DNA of 64,000 nucleotides. Source: Octopus bimaculoides (Eukaryota). The notes under the pieces are model-generated. The model was not told the DNA's origin. It saw only the letters and a list, made by a program, of their open reading frames with translations, and made no database searches. Position numbers and translations under genes: made by a program. The stretch lies in the NCBI RefSeq assembly GCF_001194135.2, contig NC_068985.1:33388254-33452253 (forward strand). The letters run 5' to 3'. The number at the start of each line of letters is the position of its first letter. The stretch's first letter is position 1. This document shows, piece after piece, positions 12,410 to 24,903 of the stretch.

Positions 12410-12860
12410 TCAGGGGAATTAGGAGGTCAGAAATTGGTGCTGGTGGAGTTGTAGAAATTCTTCATCAACCTGTTTTAAACCTTTTCGGAGGAATGGCAAG
12501 AAACTGAATCCTGTTGCCTCACATTTAATCTTCCAGCAGCAACCCTCTCCTGTTAGGGTTTGATCACAGTCTCCAGCAGCTTCACAAAGATGTCTGAAGT
12601 AAGCCTAAGATCTTGTTCAAAAATGTAGGGTAGAATGACATCATCCTCAGAATGTCTGCAGTTTTTCTTCCTGATGGGCATGGAGACTCTTATCTATCCA
12701 CCCTGATGAAGGAGTCTCTGGATTTTACCAATGACTATTTGCTTCCATTGCTGGCTGCAAATTTTTGATGAACTACATCTGCCAACATTATGAAGTAACT
12801 CTAAGCCCCCAGAAACAGCTGTCAGACTTGTAATGCCATACCTTGTCCCTTCTAATGCTT
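12410..12860 (-). mobile_element. maT/DD37D-like Tc1-mariner transposase fragment
   Basis: ...LLETVIKP*QERVAAGR...QQDSVSCH...NF*PPNSPD. Same family type as the element at 34260. Confidence 0.7.
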
Positions 12861-12897
12861 TGAGTCTATGTAATCCGAGTAAGTTTACTCTATTGTA

Positions 12898-12958
<61 letters not shown>

Positions 12959-13869
12959 NNNNNNNNNNNNNNNNNNNNNNNNNNNNNNNNNNNNNNNNNN
13001 NNNNNNNNNNNNNNNNNNNNNNNNNNNNNNNNNNNNNNNNNNNNNNNNNNNNNNNNNNNNNNNNNNNNNNNNNNNNNNNNNNNNNNNNNNNNNNNNNNNN
13101 NNNNNNNNNNNNNNNNNNNNNNNNNNNNNNNNNNNNNNNNNNNNNNNNNNNNNNNNNNNNNNNNNNNNNNNNNNNNNNNNNNNNNNNNNNNNNNNNNNNN
13201 NNNNNNNNNNNNNNNNNNNNNNNNNNNNNNNNNNNNNNNNNNNNNNNNNNNNNNNNNNNNNNNNNNNNNNNNNNNNNNNNNNNNNNNNNNNNNNNNNNNN
13301 NNNNNNNNNNNNNNNNNNNNNNNNNNNNNNNNNNNNNNNNNNNNNNNNNNNNNNNNNNNNNNNNNNNNNNNNNNNNNNNNNNNNNNNNNNNNNNNNNNNN
13401 NNNNNNNNNNNNNNNNNNNNNNNNNNNNNNNNNNNNNNNNNNNNNNNNNNNNNNNNNNNNNNNNNNNNNNTGGAGCCTGGTGTTGCCATCCGGTTTCACC
13501 AGTCCTCAGTCAAATCGTCCAACCCATGCTAGCATGGAAGGCGGACGTTAAACGATGATGATGATGATATATATATATTTATGCTTAATTATTAATCATC
13601 TGAAAATTTAAAATCTGCCTTATCTTTTTACATGTAAAATTCTAACTGAACATCTGAAAAAATTTTAGCAATTAAAAAATGCTAACAAAAAGAAACGCCA
13701 AACCAAATTTAACTTTAGACATTCATTCAACCAAGAGTGACGTCATTGAATAACTAATTTACTTTATAAAAATAAAATATAAGAAATACCATACTGAGTC
13801 CATATTTTTTGACAATTTGAAATCTACATAGAAAAAAACGAAAGCTCCAAAACATTATGTAAAAAATGA

Positions 13870-14585
13870 GTATATTTATCTACAAATATTGATGATGTCA
13901 CTGGATACTGCAGACAGGAATTCTACATTGTGTTTAATAGATAACTAAAGAATAAAAACTACAAACAATAATTTAACCTAATGCTTAATAGAAACTTAGA
14001 TACTTTACGATGCAATAATTAATTACCTATTTATTTATTTAATATAATAAACCTTTTTACAGGAATTAACCTTATTATATAATAACTGAAAAAATATTAT
14101 ATTGAACAACATATACAACCACCAAGGATCTCATTGGATAATTAAAAAATAAATATTACAGAAAAGACAATCAAATAATACCTATTTTTTCATTATAATA
14201 AACTCTCATATAAGAATTAATCTTATTATATAATAATTGAAAAATTATTATAATTAATAGTAGTATATACAATTATTGATGACTACGCTGGATACCTAAA
14301 GAATAAAAATAACAGATAAGGTAATTAAATACCTATTTACTTATTATATCATACCATTTTATAGGAATTAAAATTATTATATAATAATTATAATTAATAA
14401 TATATACAATTCTTGATGATCTCAGTAGATAGTTAAAGAATAAAAATTATAGATAAGGACTCTATGTTATGCTTAATTGAAGCTTAGATACTTTACATAG
14501 CTATAATGAAGTACTTACTCATTATATTAAACACTTTAATAGGAATTAACCTTATTATATAATGACTAATTAAAAATATATTATA
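13870..14585. repeat. Degenerate AT-rich tandem array, period about 150-180 bp, 4-5 units
   Basis: Recurring a(g/a)gaattaa(cc/tc/aa)ttattatataat at about 14060, 14212, 14362 and 14541. Recurring tatacaa.ta(t/c)tgatga..c.ctggata...aaagaataaaaat. Confidence 0.7.
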
Positions 14586-14586
14586 A

Positions 14587-15500
14587 TTAATAATTAAAAT
14601 ATTTGAATGTCTTTCTAAATTTATGGCAACGTTTCAAAGTTAAGTGTCCATTAAAATTCAATAAAATTGATTTAGAAGTAATTATAAAATATAATTCTTC
14701 GAGGCAAAGATCACAAGTAGAATCACCAGTATTATACGATGGTGCATAACTAATAAAGGACCACTTTAAATCATATTTAATATTCTTATCCTTTAAATTC
14801 CAAATGCATTTACTACGGTTTGTAGAATTACATTTTCTTCTATATTTAAAGCAATTAGAATGATTATAAAATCTAGATTTCCAATTAGTAGCAGAAGAAT
14901 CAATATACCAATACTTAAGATATCTAGTTATTACTTCAGACTGATATACTATATTTTTCTTTAAGCACTGATTTCCTAAAGGACATCAAGTTTTGTTTAC
15001 GAAGTTACACATGGATTTGTTCACTTGTAAATTGCCCTCATAGTTATAAGAATTTCCACTAGCACCCATCTGTAAAATAGGTATTAATGTTGGATTATAA
15101 TAATTATTATTATTAGAATTAATATTAGCACAAGGCTCACTATATTATCAGCATTTTGATAAATTATAGAATTTAAACCTTGTTCCGAATGATTATCAAT
15201 AACCTTAATTTCACTATACATATTATCAGTTCTACAATTATTTATAGGTTTAGAATTGTGATATTATCTAATTCTCTGTTTATTTTGTGCTGCAATAATC
15301 TCAACTAAATTTCTAGTGGTTGACTACAAAAACTTAACAATGTCTATTAAATGATTTTCCATATTTACTTGTAAGTAGGAAATACCTATCTAGTGCTGCA
15401 AAGAATTTATGAGGGATATTAGAAGCTATTGAAAATGAAAATGGAGCATTGTACCATATAATATTTGTTGAGCTATTCTTATTATTTCTATTTGACTTGG
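14587..15500 (-). pseudogene. Penelope-like element (Neptune-type) linker plus GIY-YIG endonuclease remnant
   Basis: NIIWYNAPFSFSIASNIPHKFFAALDRYF...FNR/IVKF; C..NKT*CPLGNQCLKKNIVYQ...WYID...WKSRFYNH...IWNLKDKNIKYDLKWSFI...CDLCLEELYFI...LN...KRCHK. Confidence 0.9.
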
Positions 15501-15689
15501 TTTCTACAGTTGGATTCTCTTCCTAGCACCAGCCTTTACAGCGTGTGCTGAGTACTTTTCACATAGTACTGCATGAGTGCCTTTAGGTGGCGCTAGCATG
15601 AGTGCTTTTTATGCAGTACTAGCATACAACTCTTGCAGGCCAGTCCTCTTCACCAGTGAGTGGCCCTAACACTTCTACTGTGAAGGACA

Positions 15690-16215
15690 GGTCTTTATGA
15701 GTACAGCAAAGTACCACGTATCTTGATCCTTTTTCATCTCATCTAAAAGGTTCAGCATCCTGAGGTCATCCTTCAGTACTTCATCCCACATCTTCCTGGG
15801 TCTCCCTCTTTAACATTATCCATCCACTTTGAGAGATCTGCACTTCTTTATGAAGCTGTTGGCATCCATTCACATCACATGAGCAAACCAGCACAGTCTT
15901 CCCTCTTGCACACCTCATTTAATTCCCCTTATGCCCAACTTCTCTTTCAATGCACCAGCACTTTGTTGAACATGTACACTTACGTTACACATCCAGCAGA
16001 GCATACTAGCCTCATTTCTCTCTTGCCTTTGCATGTCCTCTGTATTCAGGGCTCATGTCTCACTGCCATATAGAATTGCTGTTTGTATATCATACAATCT
16101 TCCTTTCGCATGAAGAGAGAAACCTTTGGTTGCCAACAAAAGTAAAAGCTCTCTGAATTTTCTCCATCTTATTCTAATTCTTGTTATTACACTGGCTATA
16201 TATACTTTCATATTT
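15690..16215 (-). mobile_element. RTE LINE 3' ORF fragment
   Basis: TRIRIRWRKFRELLLLLATKGFSLHAKGRLY...AILYGSET; tail encodes GRPRKMWDE. Confidence 0.8.
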
Positions 16216-16364
16216 GTATGTATTGGGCAAGTGTCTTCTGCTATAGCCCCGAGCCGACCGAAGCTTTGTGATTGAATTTGGTAGGCGGAAGTTACTGCCG
16301 TGTGTGTATATGTCTGTGTATGTGCTTGTGCCTCTCTCCGAAAGATATATATATATATGTGTGC

Positions 16365-16395
<31 letters not shown>

Positions 16396-16863
16396 TATAC
16401 ATATACAAATCTATTTATCTGTCTATCTATTTGTACACACATACACACACACACACTCACACACACACTCACACACACACACAAACACTATACAATATTA
16501 TATATTATTATAAATCAGTTGCATGTAAAAAAGAATTAACATGTTTTTGCTAGAAAATAGAAAAATTCAACATTATTGGATTTGCATACATAAGGGAATT
16601 CCCTTTGGTATTGAGATATTTTAGAGGAATTTGTATTTCAAACAGATATTTTCAGTAAAAATTGCTTTGAGTATATCCTTATGTAATAAAAACATGGCAC
16701 TATTTTAATAAAAATATAACTCTTCAGGGGATTGTAAAATAGTTTCAAAAAATAAAATGATATAAAAACAATGAAAAAACCATTACTTAGGATGTGTGAC
16801 CAGAATATCTGACTGTGTAGGATTCAGAATTGAGATTTTTATCATATATGAGAGAAGTAGATC

Positions 16864-17935
16864 TATGAGGTGGTATTAAAATGTTCCCAGTTTAGTTCTG
16901 TACTGCACCAATTGATGGCAGCACATGGTTGTGTGCACAGTGAGAGCTAGCAGTGGTCTTCATGAAGCAGTGTGCTGAGTGACATCACTGTGTTTATTTT
17001 GTAAGTTGTGAAATTTGTGTTTTTGTGATCATATGTATAATGTGTCGGAAGCGCAATGGCCCAGTGGTTAGGGCAGCTGACTCGCGGTCATAGGATCGCG
17101 GTTTCGATTCCCAGACCGGGCGTTGTGAATGTTTATTGAGCGAAAACACCTAAAAGCTCCATGAGGCTCCGGCAGGGGATGGTGACGAACCCTGCTGTAC
17201 TCTTTCACCACAACTTTCTCTCACTCCTTCTTCCTGTTTCTGTTGTGCCTTTAATTCAAAGGGCCAGCCTTGTCACACTGTGTCACGCTGAATATCCCCG
17301 AGAACTACGTAAAGGGTACACGTGTCTGTGGAATGCTCAGCCACTTGCACGTTAATTTCATGAGCAGGCTGTTCCATTGATCGGATCAACCGGAACCCTC
17401 GATGTCGTAAGCGATGGAGTGCCAACAACATGTATAATGTAGTCTGTGATTTTGACATGGACAGGAAGTTGGAGCAAAAAGCCAACGTGAAATTTTGCAA
17501 TAAACTTGGGAAGTTTGCTACAGAGACATTGAGCATGCTTCAGTAAGCTTGAAGTGATGAGGCAATGGGTTGTATGCGATGTTTCAAATGGCACAAACAT
17601 GTCAAAAGTAAAAGAATGTCCCTGGAAGATGACAAGTGATCTAGAAGACCTGCCATGAGCATCACTAAGCTCTCCTCTCATGAATTTTTCACTAAAAACA
17701 ACATGACATCACTACGGCACCCTCCCTATTCACCACATTTAGCATCTGCAGACTTCCATCTCTTCCCCAAGGTGGCAAGATCCAAAGCAAATTGTAGAAG
17801 GTCCTTGACTCGCTTGTGGAAAATGACTTCCAGGCCAGATTCCAAATGTAGCAGGAATGCTGAGACCAGTGTATTGCTGCACAAAATGACTATTTTGAAA
17901 GAGATGATGTTAAAACTTAGGTAAATAAGTTATTT
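16864..17935 (+). mobile_element. Internally deleted mariner transposon interrupted by a SINE
   Basis: MDRKLEQKANVKFCNKLGKFATETLSML...CFKWHK...SLEDD...RP joined directly to HPPYSPHLASADFHLFPK, then ...CIAAQNDYFE. Confidence 0.8.
17044..17429 (+). mobile_element. Full-length tRNA-derived SINE (head A, tail X) with 11-bp TSD
   Basis: A box TGGCCCAGTGGTT, B box GGTTTCGATTCC, (CAA)n end. TSD atgtataatgt at 17033-43 and 17430-40. Confidence 0.92.
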
Positions 17936-18017
17936 TGGTGCTAATTTGGCAACAGGTAACAGGTATAAACCATTTGTTTTATTATCTACTATCTAATAAT
18001 ATATAAATATATATATA

Positions 18018-18069
<52 letters not shown>

Positions 18070-18157
18070 NNNNNNNNNNNNNNNNNNNNNNNNNNNNNNN
18101 NNNNNNNNNNNNNNNNNNNNNNNNNNNNNNNNNNNNNNNNNNNNNNNNNNNNNNNNN

Positions 18158-18295
18158 CTTTCAGTTTCTATCTACAAACCAAGCTTTGGTCAACCTGAGG
18201 CTATAGTAGAAAGCATTTGCCCTAGGTGCAATGCAGTGGGACTGAACCCAGAACCATGTGGTTGGGAAGCTGGCTTCTTACCACACAGGCAAGCT
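18158..18295 (-). mobile_element. tRNA-headed SINE with CORE-like segment (partial)
   Basis: Minus strand gtggtaagaagccagcttcccaaccacatggttctgggttcagtccc...cctagggcaaatgctttctactatagcc. Related copies at 16220-16320, 38880-39035 and 57365-57705. Confidence 0.75.
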
Positions 18296-18390
18296 CTGTG
18301 TGTGTGTGTGTGTGTGTGTATGTAACACAACAAAAGAAAGAAAGAGACCTCGATATTATGTAAATAGATGAATTTATCTGTAAAAATATG

Positions 18391-18465
18391 CCATTGGCCA
18401 GATAACTGAAGAGATGGTGGCACAGGTTTCCGCCCCAGCATCCGAAACTCGGAGTTTTATCATGG
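18391..18465 (+). ncRNA. Type I hammerhead ribozyme motif
   Basis: Stem I CCAT+GATAA / TTATC+ATGG with a 6-nt bulge. Core CTGAAGA at 18406. Stem II GATG...CATC with an unpaired C. GAAA at 18444. Stem III ACTCGGAGT (near-palindrome). Triplet GUU, cleavage after 18456. Confidence 0.7.
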
Positions 18466-19089
18466 CTACCGAATAAGTGTCACATATTTTTATATATATA
18501 TATATATATACATTTATATATATATATATATATAATATATGTTTTGTGTGTGTGTGTGTTTGTGTGTGTATGTTTCATTAAACACATGATTGTGTTCAAG
18601 TTTTATCCTTTTTATTTGTATTCAATATTTCCAGACCTTCAGTATCATTTTCAAGAAATGAATATATTTGGTATCTGTGTTTGCTATATATTGGTTGAAT
18701 TTGAGTAGACTTTCCTGCCAAAGGTGTTTTGATTGTTGACTTCATGCATCACCAGTCACATGTTGATTTGCTTGTCATGGTCAAACTTTGATGTTATATT
18801 TTATCATTTTTTTTTATGTCAGAGGCCATTTATCAATTTTTTGATATGTGTGTTTGTGTGTTAATTTTGGCATTGTATTGTGCTATGAATATTGTTTCCA
18901 TATCTAATCTTCTGTTTTTGTGTGCAATAACACAAAGCTCACATAAAATCTATTACATGGACCAAATACACAAAAACTATTGAGCAGATGAACATATAAT
19001 AAGTAAAACCCTCATAAAACAGAACACAAAATGCATCACACTAGACCATAGACACAAACTAATAACACTGTGTAACATGATTTTTGTCC

Positions 19090-19345
19090 TTGGGTAGCAA
19101 TTGTTATTTCCAATTTGCTATCTCAAGAAAGTGTGAAAAATAGTTAATATTTCTTTCAAATTTTGCTTTTGTAACATTTATTCAAACTCTAAAGAAAACC
19201 TTTCAACACATGGCTATGAGGCCTCCCCCACTACTCCTGCTCATGATCAGAAATGCACATATTGTCAGCCACTAAGGGACATGCTCAAGTGGTTAAGGTC
19301 AAGCAACTGACAAGCAAATCTGTGGTATTGAGCAGAATATTTGCT
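19090..19345 (-). repeat. Unclassified interspersed repeat
   Basis: Recognised from memory as a common octopus repeat (gcaaatattctgctcaataccacagatttgcttgtcagttg...gtggctgac.atatgtgc). Only one copy here. Confidence 0.4.
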
Positions 19346-19489
19346 ATAACAATATTTCTGCTTCAGCAATTCAGTGCTGAATCTGTCTGAAATTTAATGG
19401 AAAATAGGTCAGTTTTAAAACATTGGTGACCAGGTCACAGACGCAAAGTTTGAAGGGAATGGTAATACTTTCTTTTGATTTCTAGATAG

Positions 19490-19900
19490 AAACAAATTGG
19501 AAATAACACTTACTGACCAAAGACAAAAAAAATTAAAATCTTGTTACACAGTATGATATACTACGAAAACATCAAAACCAGAAACCTATTCATCATGAAT
19601 ATTCCACAAGCATGTAAACTTGAAAACAACCTGTGGGTGACCAATGTGATCTATAAATTTGACTGTAAAACTGAAAATTGTTAACTTCAGGACTGTAGCT
19701 GTTACACTGGACACTTGTCAGTGAGGACTGAAAAGTTGGCAGACAAGATGCCAGGTTTAACTCTTGACTAGCTGTAAGGTATAGTACAACATGCAACTCT
19801 ATTTGTCAACCAATCTTGAAATACATAATATCACTAGAATTGTACTGACTTTGTTTACATTTCTTTTGAAGAATGTGAAGAACATGCTAATGTAACAGAG
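19490..19900 (+). pseudogene. Highly decayed Penelope-like GIY-YIG remnant
   Basis: YYENIKTRNLFIMNIP...TNVIYKFDCKTENC*LQDCSCYTGH, resembling PLE IYYKN.KT.NL.MKN...NV.Y.F.C...C...YIG. Confidence 0.6.
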
Positions 19901-20715
19901 AAAATTCCAATCCCTTTTTCTACTAATATTTATTTCTGTTCTGTAACAATCATTGCAGGATGAGACTTTTGATTTAGAAAATTTTCAGTAGGATGTTAAG
20001 AATTAATAAAAGGAAATAATTTTGTCCAGCAACATGACGAAGAAAGAGGAATAAAATGGCTGGAAAGTGTCTTTGGTTTTCTCAATAATAAAGAGGAATT
20101 GGAGCTAAAAGTTTCCCTTAATTTTTTTTTCCAGTGTGGCCTGATATTTGGCAGTTTAAGAATTATTACACTTGAGTTATGTAATTTCATGTATTTTGAA
20201 ATGTGAATGTGTTAATGTTATTGTTATTAAAGTGGGTTTTTTTAACAGTGTTTATTAAGGAGAGGTTTTCCTCATTAGTCTTTCAAATTACCAAAATTAC
20301 ACAGTGTAACTATTACATATACATACAGTAATGCAAAGCAGAGAAGGAGTCTCTATACAGTTACTTGATCTGCTAGAAATACTTGTCAAATCTCCCTTCA
20401 AATCACATCCTACATGTTGTCTTCAAAAAGAAATAAAAATTAAAAGACATTGGGCTGTGTATGTCTGCAAAAAGATGGAATGTTTACAGCTGAAATGTCT
20501 ATAATCACAGGTTTGTTCAGTCAGGGTTGTTGTGGGACTAGACAACATATAGCAATAAAGTATACTTCTCTATTATGAGTATTTACCTGCATAATGGGCT
20601 GAATTATTAGTGCACTAGTCAATCTCTTGGTGATTGATTAGTGTTCTGACTTATGTGTTATCATTAGCACTGTATTATGTCAATGGTAAGATCATTTAAC
20701 TTTTAACTATTGGGT

Positions 20716-21290
20716 CTATTTGCCGTAGAAAGATGCTCGGTGCTCTACCAACATGCCAAAGAGCAACATGGTGGTGTACTGGACCGGATTAGCATAGAAA
20801 TCCTGTCTAGACACCCCGATGATGCATCGTTACGGCAAATACATGAGTCGGTCCTCATAACTGAAACACGACCAATTTTGAATAGCAAATACACGTAGAT
20901 AAAAGCCTTACAATTACCCATGGTTGCGGATGTTGTTCACACATAAAATACAGAACGTGAACTTGAAAATGAAAGGATGCATTTACGAAGAAAACAGAAA
21001 ATAACAGAGAGAAAACCAAAACCAACTCCAAAGTCTGTATCTTATCTGATATGAATGAAATTTAACAAACACACATATGGACGCACATGCTTACATATAA
21101 GCACACACACATACGAGCATGCGCACATACGAGTGTGCACACATACGAGCATGTACACACTCACATGCTCATACCGGACAATTTCAAAACAACGCTAAAT
21201 CATACATTTAAAATAAATGGAAGTGGAGAGACAAGTTACTGAAGAGCTTGCAAGAGTGCAATGAAATGATTTAACAAAAAAAAAAAACCT
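20716..21290 (+). mobile_element. Penelope-like element 3' end: endonuclease C-terminus, 3' UTR and hammerhead
   Basis: SVLYQHAKEQH...EILSRHPDDASLRQIHESVLITETRPILNSK (RQI.E..I...P.LN motif), followed about 340 bp later by a hammerhead motif. Confidence 0.75.
21235..21275 (+). ncRNA. Minimal type I hammerhead ribozyme motif (partly decayed)
   Basis: GTTA-CTGAAGA-G(C)TTGCA agag TGCAA T-GAAA-TGA-TT-TAAC: 4-bp stem I, 5-bp stem II plus G.U, very weak stem III. Confidence 0.55.
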
Positions 21291-23707
21291 AAATACTGTT
21301 TATAAATAAATAAAGGACCAAACCAGTGCATGTGTTTATTACCGGCATAATGCCTCTCCCAAGGTTTAATAGTCTATTTAGTTGTTATTGTTATTTAGCC
21401 ACAAGCCAGCTCTTACCAAGTAGATCAAAGATCTCCTGGCCATGGCTAGTTTATCTTTATTGTGAACTTAGTGCATAGAAGTTCACATTAAGAAATGCAT
21501 TCAGTTTTAAGGTAGATGGATTGATTAGAAGAAGATTTGGCTGTTATTTCTTGTAAGCTAAATGACTGCATAGGGGCTCTCACATATTTCACCATTGTTG
21601 TTCATTACATTGAAATCCTGAGTTCAAGTCCTCTTATGAAAAAGGTTCCCTAAAGTTGTATGGCATCCTCTTGAGTGAGGGATTTAGCTCAAATATGCTT
21701 TGGTAGAGAAACCAAATCTGTGTGCTGTCTCTGGATGTTCTGGTTCAAATGGGATTAAAGACATGTAATGTGAGCCATTGAGAGTTTTGCATTTTGTCAG
21801 AAACAGTATGGTAATAAGAGCATGACATGAATTGTTGACTCTTATTTAAAAAGGCTCACAAACTTATAAAAATTCCAACTCAACTAACATCTCATGCATT
21901 ATCATTACTGCCACTAATGTCTGCAATGATGGACATAATACATGTGACATAAGAAAGCTCCAATATTAATACTAAGACAAGTAGAATATTGTGCATAAGA
22001 TATGTATTTTGGAAAATTAAAGTGTGATTATTTGTACATGTGTTATGTTATTAAATTCAAATAGCCTTGGTAGTGATAATTTCTTATTAAACAGAGTAAA
22101 ATTAGACAGATTTTACCATTTAAAATCATATGAAAGCATTCAATGTTTTAATATTATAAACCATCAAACAACATTTCAGTTTTCAATGCACTTATTAACT
22201 ACTTCACCACTTTGATCAGCGAATTTAATGTCAGCATGAATAAAACAAAAGATTTTGTTGATATTTCAATCAAATCCTACAACTATGTTTGTAGAAAACA
22301 CTTGATTTTTAATCATGATATATGCATACATGCAAACATTTCATTTAAAAGAGAATGATTTTATCAAAAAATAACAAAATATCCAATGAATAAAACAAAA
22401 TGGTATTGCTTCCAGTCTACTATTGATATGATTAAAAAAATAGAATAAAACTGAACTTTCCTTTAAAGAAAGTTAATATGGAATCAACAATGATTGCACT
22501 CTGACAAAAAATCTTACAATTTTACTCAAGAACTTTGAAAGATATTGTTACATAAAAAAAGAAAATGTTTATATAGCAACTTTGAAAAATATAAATATGC
22601 TGAAAGAAAGTAACATTATAACAGGTTTAATTACTAAAATATTGCAAATCTGGTTGATCTTCCAAAGGTCATTGAATATGTAAATCGATAAGTCAGACAT
22701 TGGAAAACTCTTTCTAACAACAGGCCTTTACAATTCATAAATCAGAGCTACCACGAAAAGAATATTTCTAAAAAATATATGTAGTACAGAGTACACCATG
22801 TATTACTTGTTGCCCATGCTTGCTGTCTATGAATTGTATACACTTCCATACTCAAATACAAATACTTGGTTCTGCCCAAACACCCCAAGAAGTATCTTAT
22901 AATCTTGTTTGTTCTTAGATTCTATATATTGCAAAGTCACAAAGTCATTTACTGCAGCTGCTAGTTTTCAAAACTTTCTTGTGTTCTACAATGATACAGA
23001 AGAATTGTAAGCAATACCCTTATTATGTCTAGGATGAAGTTTTCTTTAATTGAATAATTCAAGTGATCATATCTGGCAGTTACTTCCAATGGTTATTTTA
23101 TAGATTCATTCCAGATAGTATATCTAGTGATCTAGTAATAAAGAATAATTTATCTGCTATTATGCCAATATGCCTACTAATATCTCATTTAAAGAATAAC
23201 CAGANNNNNNNNNNNNNNNNNNNNNNNNNNNNNNNNNNNNNNNNNNNNNNNNNNNNNNNNNNNNNNNNNNNNNNNNNNNNNNNNNNNNNNNNNNNNNNNN
23301 NNNNTTGTTCAAAGTACTGAGTTCAACTCCAGCTGAAGGTAGTGTTCACTATTTTCCCCTTGTTTGGGTCTATGACCCTCCATGTTTGTTTTTCTTTGGT
23401 TTCCCTGCATGTCTCCACTGTTCTGGTTTGTTTCTAACTTTGACGCTCCATAAATCCCAAATTTTATTTTGGTATTTATGGGAGCAACTGTCTTCGAAGA
23501 CTCATATTATCATTGATTGCTCAAAATGGGGAGTAGATAGACAGCCAACAACTGATGAAGGGTCATTCTTTGTATTGCTTGTCCTTTTTTCTCTCTCGTA
23601 ATTTGCATATTTGTTTTCACATTTCATGTTTACTGTTGGTGACATCCTGTACCCATATATGCATATATATATTTTGGTTTCTTTCGGATACCCCTTTGTG
23701 TGTGTGT

Positions 23708-23783
<76 letters not shown>

Positions 23784-24713
23784 TTATGTGTGTTTTTTGT
23801 GTTTGCTAGTCCATTACCACCACCACCACTGGACAACTTGTATTGGTTTGTTTACATCACTGTAACTTTGTGGTTTGGCAAAAAGATACGGATAGAATAA
23901 GTACTAGGCTTAAAAATAAGCACTGGGGTTGATATGTTTGACTAAACTCTTCAAGACAGTGCCCCTGCATGGCTGCAGTCTAACGACTGAAGCAAATAAA
24001 AGAATATCATATTTTAGAACTCAATAGAAGGATACATTGAATAATGTTGTTGTACATGTCTGAGAAAAAAGTTGGCATAGTCATATCTGGAACCTGTGTC
24101 TTTTTATCATAGGTTTGCTTTATTAGGGTTGATCTTCGGCTGAACAGGAACAATGATAATGACAACAACTGGCAAATATATCATGCATATTTTCAGTTGC
24201 ATGAAGCAACAAATTCATCAGTAACATGTCATAGATTGATAAGGGGGGTAAAAAAGCATAAAATCTTAAATACTCTGCCCATTGGCTATTGGTTACGAGT
24301 TGGAGTTAGCTAAGATAACTTTTATCTTCAATTTCACATATAAATTTACATCAAGTTGCTTACTTATTATCGACTCCAGATCTTATCACCAGAAGTCGGA
24401 AATTAGTAGCCAATGAGGACTACTGCAATAACCAACACTCTGAGAATGAGTTAATGAAAGAAGGACAAAAAAGATAGTATAATGACAATGATGATATTTT
24501 AATGGTAGAATTAATTAGTGGGGTCTTAGTAAATTAAGGTGAATTAGCAGGATTGTAAATATCCTGTTCAAATCCTGTGAAGGTGAATTTTGCTTTTCAT
24601 CCTGTCATTTTTCATCCGTTTGTTTGATTAACTTGATGACCTACTCATGGAATATTCAGCCACATACTCATCCACTTTGTGGCTGAATATTCCACAAACA
24701 TGTATACTTTTAA

Positions 24714-24903
24714 CCTGTTAGCATTTAAGCCAGTCATATCCAGCCAAAATGTTCTACATATTTTAAGTTCAAACTGACTGGATCCAGCCTCTCACACCTA
24801 TCCTACATTGTAATTCTAAAAATAACATTCACGTCATCCAAATCCCAAAACAATGTAAATAAATAACCATTACATTTGACTGAGTAATCTGAATGCTAAA
24901 GGG
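24714..24903. mobile_element. piggyBac-like MITE (TTAA TSD)
   Basis: TTAA-cctgttagcattta...gaatgctaaaggg-TTAA. Second copy at 30167-30388. Confidence 0.7.

Noticed and set aside
13870-14585. Reading the AT-rich array as LRR or Walker-B (IIDD) protein repeats, or as tandem micro-exons
   Set aside because: All frames contain frequent stops, and the AG acceptors are not conserved across units.
17044-17120. tRNA-like sequences at SINE heads (also 1020-1099, 7386-7470, 52120-52190)
   Set aside because: A and B boxes are present, but they continue into SINE bodies and lack a clean cloverleaf. They are not functional tRNA genes.
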